From contig NC_133619.1 in the NCBI RefSeq assembly GCF_048593235.1, forward strand, positions 448,659,644-448,723,643: DNA of 64,000 nucleotides, given 5' to 3'. The notes beneath the pieces were generated by a model. That model worked only from the letters and a program-made list of their open reading frames with translations, had not been told where the DNA came from and made no database searches. This DNA comes from Sminthopsis crassicaudata (Eukaryota). Shown here one piece after another: positions 53,776 to 64,000 of this stretch (positions within the stretch are counted from its first letter, which is position 1; every line of letters begins with the position of its first letter). Both the position numbers and the translations under genes were made by a program.

Positions 53776-56249
53776 AAATGCATGGAAAAGAAAGCAACAA
53801 TAGGTTATTAAGGGAAACCAAGATGTCTAGGGATTAAATCTAACACTTTATGACTAAAATAATAGAAAATAACTATGTCATTTCAACATTCTATGTAGCC
53901 AGTTGCTAGACAGAAAACAAAACTTTATGGACTATGCCTTTGATTCAGTATGACAGTTTTTTCCTCTTATTTTGAGCTCAGTAAATTCTAATCATAAGAT
54001 GAGTTGGAAGACACCTCTGAAGCCTTTTAATTCAAACCCTTCATTTTACATATGAGAAAATGTTACAGATGTAACATTTCAGAAATGTAACAGATCATTT
54101 CAGATGTAATAGATCACAAAAATCAGATGAGAGGTGGCTCTATAATTAAAAAAAATCAGACATGTTGCAGCTGATAATTCAGTAAAAAGATATGATGATA
54201 CTGAATCACACTGCTTCTTGTAGTCATGAATTTTTGTTGGTCTCATCCCATGATCAGATATTCTAGTCTTCTATCAAGGAAGTTTGATGTTTGCATTAAG
54301 GAAAGAATAGTATGCCCTCTAACAGGATCTGAATATACCTACAGTATGAATGATGTTCTGTAGAGAATGGCACTTTATAAAAAGAATACCAAAATATTTG
54401 AAAATGGAATGCTTGGGATCTGACTTTATTCTTCTTGAGGTTCTAGAGGAGCTCCTGAGAAGTCAGGGGAATCTATTAACATCACATTTGTGAGTACTTT
54501 CTCTAGCTTTAATCTACCAATGAATGGCATTATCTTTCATCTCTCACCTGAATAATGACAATAGAAAGAAGTCAGCCAAAGAAGAAAAATCAAATCAAAA
54601 AAGGAGAGGAGACTGAAGAGGGCCTTTTGAATACCCTTCCATTTCAGGCTCCCCGACTTCAATCGATCAAAGAGGCTCCTGTTAAGCCTCCCCTCCCCCA
54701 ATTAACAGATTAACTCAGTCACAGACTATCTGTCCCTTTTTAAAATCTCTCCAAGACACTTCCATCAAACACCATGATGATTCGAATGCTTCTTCCCCAG
54801 GGAAACTGTTATCAATATATTATCATATATTATGCAAAGTGCATAATAAGAGTGTGTTTAGTAGCATTTTCCTATTGAAAACCATCTAAAGAAGAGCATG
54901 ATAGTGAGCGACTTCCCAAGATGCCTCTATGTAGACATTGGTTAAAGAAATAAGGGTTGTTGTTCCTAGAGAAAAGAAGATTGAGAGAGAACATGATAGT
55001 TGTATTCAAGTGTTTGAATACCACTCAGAGAAGAGGAATTAAATTTGTACTACTTGGCCACAGAAGATAGAATTGGAATCCGGAAAGTAGGAGCAGAGAT
55101 TGGCCAAGAGTTTTTTTTTTTTTTTTCTTTAATAAATATTTTATAGAACATAAATATGCTTGATAATAAGATCAATAAATGTTTACTAATTTTGAAAAAA
55201 TTATACCAATCAATAAACAATTATCTGTCTTCATTTGCAAGCAGCCTAGAAAACTCTTACACAAGCCCCAGCCTAGCTTCAACCCTATTCAGCTACTTAT
55301 TGGCTGTCTGCCCTCATGCTCCCTAGGGCAGCACAATCCTGGGTGTACCTTTCCTAGAGCCTGGAGGAAGTGTTGAGGGTTGGGTAAGGGTGGGGTGGGA
55401 GAAGAAATAGAGGGGCAGGAAGATTTGACTGGCCCAAGGCTGGTGCCCAGACCCAGACTGAGGTAGCACTGCAGAGCCCTAAGGAGAGTCCTAGGGGGCC
55501 CAGCCAGCTCTGGCCCACCAGCAATCAATAACCATGAAAGATGTGATTGTGGACTTTAAGGAGTAGAAACTAGTAGAAACATTAATTCTTGCAACTTTCA
55601 AAGCTGTTGCATTTACGGTGCTATTATTGTATGAATTGTTTTCTAGGTTCTTTTCATTTCATTCCTTATCAGTTAATACAAATCTTCATAATTTGTTTTT
55701 TTCATTTTATTATATTGATATTATAGTATAAATTGTCCTTCTGATTCTACTAATTTCACTCTGTATTAATTCTTTCCATATGAATTTTATTGCTTTTCTG
55801 GTTTTATAAGGTAATTCGATGATTTCAAAAGCATTTCATTGAATAAATAAATTAGCCAATAATGTAATTTTTATTACCCTGATTCATCTTACCCATGAGC
55901 AATAAATAGTTTTGAGCATCCAGCTGGTACAAAATTCTAAATCAAGTATAAAAGGGTAGGCTGAAATTTATTATCTTTTGGATTATGAGCCTCTATGTGT
56001 TAATTTACCCTAACATATATAGGAGTAATCCATATAATCAAAAATTCTAGTAAATCATACAATACCAGTGATATGTGGAATTTTAATTATTTCTTAATAA
56101 TGCTAACATTTGTGTCTGCCTAACAGTATTCACACTGAAACAAGCTAGTGACTTCTAATAAATAACCTAAAAAGAAACAAAACAAGATGAACGTATCAAA
56201 TGTTAAAAATATATATTTTGAATTGCTCCTTCCTTGATTATTTAAGAAA

Positions 56250-56485
56250 GCAACCAGGTGACACAGTGAATAGAACACTAGTCCTGGAGTCAGGAAGACC
56301 TGAGTTCAAATCCTACCTTAAACAGTTAGGTCACAGCTCTGTGATCTAGGGCAATTCACTAATCTATATTGCTTCAAATTTCATGTCTCTAAACATGGGG
56401 AAAATAACAGCACTTGGGTGTTTAAGATATAATGAAATAATATTTGATAAATACTCTGTAGGCTAAAGTACTTTACAATTACTAG
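56250..56485 (+). mobile_element. MIR/CORE-type SINE
   Basis: ccaggtgacacagtgaatagaacactagtcctggagtcaggaagacctgagttcaaatcc (A and B boxes). Confidence 0.75.
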
Positions 56486-57203
56486 TTGTTACTGTTTATT
56501 ATTTTTTCTAGTCCTATAAAATCTTTTGATGGTTTGGTATTACTTTGAAAGAACTAATTTGGTAGTATTGTCATTTTTATTTTATCTTTTTTTCTACATG
56601 TTTCTTCCTCTCAATCAAGCCTAAATTCCATGGGTGGTGGGAATTTGAGTAAAATGAGTTAGATATTTGCACTGGTGTCATACTTAGAGAGAACCCTAAG
56701 GAACTCAGGTCCCAAGAGAGAAAAGCATATAAGTTGCCTCTGGCATTACAATTATAGGTCTGTGATGTTAGAATAGAGGTAGTGAAATCTTAGGGAAAAA
56801 AAACCCATTAAATTTGATTGACAATTGATTTCAATTTTTGAAACAGTCATTGCCAACAATATGAATGGTTCCAAAATTTCTAAGTAAAAGTTGTCTTTGT
56901 ACAAGAAAGTCATCTCATTTCCACAGCAAGATCTGGAAATCACTTCAAGAAAGTACTTCTGCAGGATAGATCAGAAATGGAGCTTCTATTATAGATTACC
57001 CTCAATCTGCACTTGCACCTTGGAAATAACTACCCAAAGTTTAAAGCGCTCCATACATCTGTATTCCTAAAACTATAGCTGAACAAAAGTTTCAACATTA
57101 TGCTTACCTTTAATAATCAGTCACTGATAATAAATGTTGAATAAAACAAGGGCATGAACAAATCCTTAAGACACTTTATTAAGGGTATATTTATGGCATA
57201 GTG

Positions 57204-57372
57204 CAGTGGTCCTCAAACTTTTTAAATAGGGGGCCAGTTCACTGTCCCTCAAACTGTGGGAGGGTGGGACTATAGTAAAAACAAAAACTTACACTTTGTC
57301 TCCGCTCCTCAGCCCATTTGCCATTACCCTTCGGGCCCATCTGAACCACGGGCCATAGTTTGACAACCCCTG
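57204..57372. mobile_element. Non-autonomous hAT MITE of the OposCharlie1 (OC1) family
   Basis: TIRs cagtggtcctcaaac ... gtttgacaacccctg; 5' end ctcaaactttttaaatagggggccagttcactgtccctca matches my recollection of the OC1 consensus; degenerate 8-bp TSD gcatagtg / gcttattg (6/8). Confidence 0.8.
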
Positions 57373-59096
57373 GCTTATTGTATACTTAGGAAATATATTC
57401 ATTCTTCTTGGCACTCATCAGATATATCCCTGTGTCCAGAAATCCAAATAATTTTTTTTCTAACATCTTTTAAAATTAAAAATTCATTTCCCTTATCTTC
57501 ACTTTAAAAAAAATATCTTTTCAAACAGTAGCAGTGATTTTTAAAAATACCACTTGTTTCTGTTCCTAGAGATTCTTTTCAAGTACCTTTGACAGTATCT
57601 ATTAAAAATAGGGAGTGTTCCTTAGGTTTGAAAAATCTCAGAAGCCTCTTTATCACTTCAATATATGATGTTTAAAAAGATTATACATTCTTTATGTAGT
57701 GAATGATCACTATCAAACAATAGTGATCACCATTCACTAAACTCTAGCACCTCATGTTTACCTGTGGAATAAAATACAAAATCCTCTGGTTTTTAAAGCT
57801 CTTCATATCTTATACATTATCTTCTTCCATGTTCTCTATCATCCAGTGACACTGGTGTTTTTTTGTTCTTGGAACATAGCACTCCAAATCCTCACTCCAA
57901 GTTTTCTGATTAGTTGTGCACTATGCCTTGAATTTTATCCCTTGTCTCTGTCATCTGGTCTTCTTTAAGTCTCAACTGAAATCCCATCTTCTGCAAGAAG
58001 CTATACCTGTTCCTTCACTGTTAGTGCTTTCCTACTGAGGTTATCTCCAATTTATTTGTTTACATTATTTGTATACAGTAGAATGTGAGCTCCTTGAGTG
58101 TAGAGACTATTTTTGTCTTTCTTATATATCCAATGTGAAGCTCTTAGTAGGTGCTTAATAAATGTTTTTCCCTTGAAAAATATACAAATTATAATTGCTA
58201 TGGAGCAATTCTGTAACTGGTAGAAAGATGAAAATTGGAGGATAAAAATTCCATTGACATGTTAGCAACAGAGTATAAATTCATTGAAAGTGCTATAGTT
58301 TTTCATTTTTAAATGAAACTCATTTCATTTCATTTTGCCAAGAATAATTATAGTTAAATTTCTAATATATTTACATCTATGGGAAATTTTCTATATAAAT
58401 CACATGCAGTAAATTATCACTATTTACTGAAAATTGTGTGTGCATATATATATACATATATATATATAGTGATCATTTATAGCTCTAATTCAGAGATATC
58501 AAGAGAAACTATAATAGACAAGTATGCGTAAGTATATAATGCCATGATGTTTCTTTTTTCCATTTTTGCCATTCTGTTTAAAATAACAGTATAATATGAA
58601 AAAAGACAGGTGAAATATAACATGCATTATACCTACTATGTGGCAGAAACCTGTACTAGGTGCCAGGTACAGAAAGGCAAAAATGAAATCGTTCCTGCCC
58701 TCAAGGACTTCACATTCTACCCAGGAAAACAAACATATACATATGTAGTGGCACATAGGAAACATACAAAGACATAAGATGCAAGATGACACAGGCATTT
58801 TAACATATCAAGTATGACATGTTATATGTGTTATATAATATATTGTCCATATCTATTATATCCAGGAAACACACAAAGACATCAGACACAAAATAATCTT
58901 GGAAATAAAGTCTCCAGGAGCTGACAAAAAACTATAAAGTAGGAGTATGGAGGAAGAGCATTCCAGGAATGACAGTCAATATAAAATCATGAAGATGTGA
59001 GATAAAGTGCCCTGTTGAGAAATAACTATTAGACAAATAAGACTGGATCATAATGTATGTAGGTAGGAATTATGTATAAGAAGGCCAGGGAGGTAA

Positions 59097-59915
59097 GAAA
59101 TGGCTAGGTTATGCAGAGCATTAAATACCAATCAAGCAACTGTGATAGACTTAGCTCTTCTCAGCATGTAATGATCCCAGATAATTTCCAGGGACTTGTG
59201 ATGGAAAATGCTGACCACATCAAGAGAAAGAACTATGGAGTCTGAATGCAGATGAAGCATACTATTTCCCTTTTAAAAAAATCTTTCTTGTGTTTTTCCC
59301 CTTTTGTCCTAAGTTTTCTTTCACACAATGACTAATGTGGAAATGTTTAACATGATTGTACCTGTATAATGTACATCAGACTGTTTGCTCTCTTGAAAAG
59401 GGGAAGGATAGGGGAGAGTTGGAGAAAAAATTTAGAATTGATAGTTTTCAATATTCATTTTTAAGATTATCTTTGCATATAATTGGAATTGATTGAAGAA
59501 AAAAAAGAAATGGCCAGGTTATGTAGAGCTTTAAATATTGATTAGGGAACTATGATAAACTTAGCTTTTCTCAGCAATGCAATGATCCAAGACAGTTCCA
59601 AGGGACTTGTGATGGAAAATGCTGACTACAGCAAAAGAAAGAACTATACTCTGAATGCAGATCGAAGTATACTATTTTCCCTTTTTTGTTGTTTTTAATC
59701 TTTCTTGTGGTTTTCCCCTTTTTTTCCTAAGTCTTTTTTTCACTCTATGGCTAATGTGGAAATATATTTAACATGATTCGATATGTATAATCTATATCAG
59801 ATTGCTTGCTAACTTGGGAAAGGGAGAGGGAAAGAAGGGAGAAAAATCTGAGCTCAAAGTCTTACAAAGAAGAATGTTGAAAACTGTATTGGAAAATACT
59901 ATTAAGTCTAAAAAA
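59097..59915 (+). repeat. Diverged tandem duplication (period about 410 bp) of an L1 3' UTR fragment plus flank
   Basis: Units begin agaaatggctaggttatgcagagcattaaata (59097) and agaaatggccaggttatgtagagctttaaata (59507); both contain gggacttgtgatggaaaatgctgac...aaagaactat...ctgaatgcagat. Confidence 0.8.
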
Positions 59916-62050
59916 TTTATCAGGAAAATTTATATTTTATTTTAGAGGCCACATAAAACTACTGGAGCTTTTTGATCAGGGGAGAATGACATGGTCAGAT
60001 CAGAAAACTGATTGAATATGTCAGATGTGTGAAAATAAGTAGTTGAAGATGATACCAAGGTTGTGAACCTGGATGTCTTAAAGGATGACTGTCTTTGGAA
60101 ATAATAGGGAAATTCAGAAGAGGTGTGAGATTAGAGGTAAACATGAGTTCTTTTCAGGACATATTTGGTATCAAATCCCCATGGTATATCTCAAAATGTC
60201 CAAAAAGCAGTTGGTAATATCGGTTTGGAGTTCAGGAAAACATCTAGGGCTGTTTCTGCCTTATGTAAAAAATACATTTTTACAAGTAATAACAAAATAA
60301 CGGCATTACAATTAAACAAATTATAAAATTTCTTGCACAGTAATTTGAATGGAAAAATAATTTAATTTATAGATTTCTATACATAATAATTTTCAATCAA
60401 ATAATGAGGTGGGATTTAAGCCTTTGTATGTTTTTTGTATATCTTTACAAGATACTGATCAGCTAAGCATCTGAACAATGGAGAAACAATAGTATGCTTG
60501 ACATTTTATCAAATTTCTTGATTCCCAGAGTCCCTGAACTCTGTGGCATCCAAACACTTAACTGGAAAACAGTTACTATGAACTCTCTCCTGTTGCAACA
60601 TTTGCCAACTCTCACCCCACTAACAGTGGTAGCAATTATGGTGGGAATGTGCCCCTGAAATGGTTCTGAGGTTTATAATCATATTTTTATAACAAAGTCA
60701 TAAACTCCATGAGGAAAGGAACTATGTGTTATTTAACCTTTGAATTTTTGCTGGTGAAAGGTGACATGACAGAGCAGCTAAAGAGTCAGCCTTTCTATCA
60801 GGAAGACCTGGCTTCAGTCCCTACCTCTAACACATACAGATTTCACAAACCTGCACTTACTTCTCAGTACCCCAGTTGACTTTCTCTTGCAGTCTGTATA
60901 CAGTTTCAGGGTCAATGCTGAACCTCGAGGAGAATTCCTGATATCAAAGATATCCCAGGTGCAATCAGAAGGAGGGAGAAATCTCTTTGTACCCAATAGT
61001 GTTTTGCACATAATTCAATATGCTAAGGACCTGGGATTTGTTGGTATGTGAAATATCTCCACTAAGACATATTGTAAATCATCAACTGATATATAATTTA
61101 TAGTCTTAGTTGTGCAAACTGAAAGAGATTAAGTGACTTTCCTAGTCGCACAACTAGTAAATACTGGAGGCAGCATTTGAAACTAGGTCTCCCTCAATCT
61201 AAAGACACACATATCTCTAGCTAGCATCATTACCCTGTCTGTAACTAATGCACAAGACATATTTATGAGATTTGAATATGACATGTTTTTCAAGATTATT
61301 ATCTCCCTCCTTCTCTTGGGGAATTTTGCTTCTTTATTTTTCATGCTTGAATGCTTTCTGATCACTCTATGTATTTTTCCCAACTACCAATGCTTGAATT
61401 CAGATCTGTCCTGGGTTAACTACAGAAAACCTTTAGGCTTGAGTTTTTAAAGTTCCTCAGGCTAAAATCCTATGGGGACTTGCCTTTTCTTGAAGAGTTT
61501 CTGGAATTGTTTTTGGTTTTAGGTTATAATTCTCAGCTATAAATTTATTTGGGAATTACAGTTTAAAATGGTTAGGGAAAATTCACCATAAAATTTACAA
61601 AGATAATTAACTTCAAGATATAAGATTTGTTTTAGCTTAATTACTGGGACCTTTGTGATTGCCTATTTATCTCACATTAACTTTTCTAGGCTGATTTTGG
61701 CTAAATTTGATAGATTACCTGGTATTTCAGATATTTGTGATTTGTAATTCAGTAAACCATCTTAAAACTTACTGAAGAAAATATATTTTTAAAAGGAGAT
61801 ATATTTATCAAATTTTACCATATTAAAAATGAAAGAGAAGGCAAATAGTGGAATACATTGTCCTGAAAAAGTAAAATTGCAAGTCACCATTAAGACAATG
61901 GAGAAATACATGGTAGGTGTAAGTAGGCTTCAGTGTATTAGCAGAAATTAATTTCATGAAAGAAATGGCACAAATGATAATATCAAAGAGATGTGTGATC
62001 AGAAAAATGAAGTTCCATAGTTATGTGGTAACAAAAAATAATAACACACA

Positions 62051-62052
<2 letters not shown>

Positions 62053-62088
<36 letters not shown>
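62053..62088. repeat. (TG)18 microsatellite
   Basis: Direct reading. Confidence 0.95.
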
Positions 62089-62092
<4 letters not shown>

Positions 62093-62339
62093 AAAAGACC
62101 TCACACATTGGGCAGATCCTCTATGGAGGGTTTTTGAGAGGACAAAGGAAAAAAAATAAGCCAAGGTGAGACAATGTGTGCTCTACAAGTTGGAAAGAGT
62201 ACACTCATCAACAAAAAGAGATTAAATTAAATATTTAAGTAATCAATTAAAAATCTTTATGGAATTATATAGAGATATAGGGCTATGTTTAGAGGGTCTA
62301 TAGTTAATCCAACTAATTAAGTAATTTAATTTTATATAA

Positions 62340-62480
62340 TACTGATAATAATAGCTGTCATTTACAAAACAATTTAGTTAAATATGTGCATCTGATCCAC
62401 ACAAAAACCCTGTAAGAGAGGGAAGTATTAAAAATGTTATCATCATTTTACAGATGAAGAAACCAAAGTTCAAAAAGGTT
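62340..62480 (-). mobile_element. MIR fragment (another at about 63840-63960)
   Basis: atctgatccacacaaaaaccctgtaag...catcattttacagatgaagaaacc. Confidence 0.6.
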
Positions 62481-62670
62481 AAAGCAATTAGTTGTGCATG
62501 GTTTTAATCAGTCATTTAAAAAACATTACATGATGACATTCTGAAAAAATGTTAGATTTTTAAAAGTAGATATAGTTCCCTTTTTTGATATATGGCCATT
62601 TATATCCTTTGCCATTATATGATAGAATTGCTTAATTAAAGTTCCTATCTTTGTCTTTTGATATGCATAG

Positions 62671-62802
<132 letters not shown>

Positions 62803-64000
62803 TAATCAAAATTCCTCAAATGATACTTTATCAAATAAGTATTAAAATGAGCATTGTAACAAGTATAATTACTTTATCCCTCTTATTATTGCAAAGAATC
62901 ATAAAATACAGAATATAATTCAAATGCATCATAGGCCAACTAAGTCACAAATAGATTATACGAATCAAACACAATCCTACACTCACTGGAAGAACTAAGA
63001 CTAAACATCAGGTTTTTGACTCCCAGTTCACTAGACTTTCCACTACATCAAAATCACATTGCTTAGCCCATAAAAGACTATATGCAACCATACATATTGC
63101 ACTAACTCATTTTAATGCATATTTCCTACTTGAATTAATGAGAATTTAGGATTTAGTGGGAAGAAATTATCTGATTCAACCCCATTCACTTTACAAAGTA
63201 GGAAAATGAGGCACAGAAAGGGGAAACAATTTTTCCATGATCACACAGCAAGTAAATTCATAGTAAAGCCTTAGAAAATTGATTTTTTTTCCTTTCCACA
63301 GTTGATATTCTGATTTCTCAAAAAGTTAGTAATAAAGATAAATAATTTCTAAGTACTTATACATATATTTCTTAAAATATAAAAGAAAAAAAGCCTAACA
63401 TTTCAGTCTTGACAATAGTTTTAAGATCAAAGCAACATAGGAAGTTGGGATAATTATTTAGAAACTAAAGATAAAACTGACTTTGCATTAACTATCTGTG
63501 TAATTGGTTCTAAGTTATATTCTTGATCTCTGAATAAACAATGAATCTAGTTTACTTTCTTCTTGTTATTTTTATTCTAATCTGAAGAATATATATGCAC
63601 AGTTTTAACTGACACTGTAAATAAAACAATTCTGGACAATATTTGAAATTGTATAAAATAAATATGCATTTCTATGAAAGTAATTTCAGCACAAAATTTC
63701 TGCATAAGAATAAATGACCTCCTTGTGTTATTTTCTTTCAATTTCTACATAAGTAAAATGATATATTAAAAATACTTTTAGTTTGCAAAAATAAAAATAG
63801 ATGAAAATTACATTTTACTTTAACTTTTTTGTGAATTATATTGTTAGTTTCTCATTTGCCCCTCACAACTATCTCACGAATTATCATTAATTCCAATTTT
63901 ACATATGAGATTCAGGTTAAGTGATTTGCCCATGGTCACATAGTAAGTGCTGGGAAAATAGATTCAAAAATATATTTCCTAAATTTAGGGTTTTGAAGTT

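Noticed and set aside
54058-54115. 9-bp hairpin aaatgttac/gtaacattt and short imperfect repeats
   Set aside because: Short, AT-rich and slippage-like; expected by chance.
56748-56772. aggtctgtgatg...ttaga resembling an 18S rRNA segment
   Set aside because: Only about 12 contiguous matching bases with no flanking similarity; chance.

Overview
AT-rich vertebrate genomic DNA carrying the internal part of a voltage-gated sodium channel alpha-subunit gene on the + strand, identified as SCN3A (Nav1.3) from paralog-diagnostic residues. By manual splicing I recover coding exons 4-20 (SCN1A-style numbering), running from DI-S2/S3 to DIII-S4. All have GT-AG boundaries and join in one open frame (3,496 nt using one exon 5 and the long exon 11). 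The gene starts upstream and continues downstream of the window. Known alternative-splicing architecture is visible: mutually exclusive exons 5N/5A, several in-frame donors in exon 11, and an 84-nt stop-containing cassette at the position of the reported exon 17A. The repeats (marsupial tRNA/CORE SINEs, an OposCharlie1-type hAT MITE, old MIR/L2/L3, L1 3' ends) point to a marsupial, probably a dasyurid (inference). There are three N gaps. The most interesting unexplained signals are: several further intronic acceptor/donor sets that would insert early stops (candidate poison exons); a 133-nt AG-free distant-branch-point acceptor; a perfect 33-bp hairpin; an inverted young SINE pair around exons 7-12, whose circle would be stop-free; and a few unusual substitutions at conserved channel residues. 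All cryptic-exon calls are sequence-only predictions. Comparisons to human and rodent paralogs are from memory, not from an alignment.
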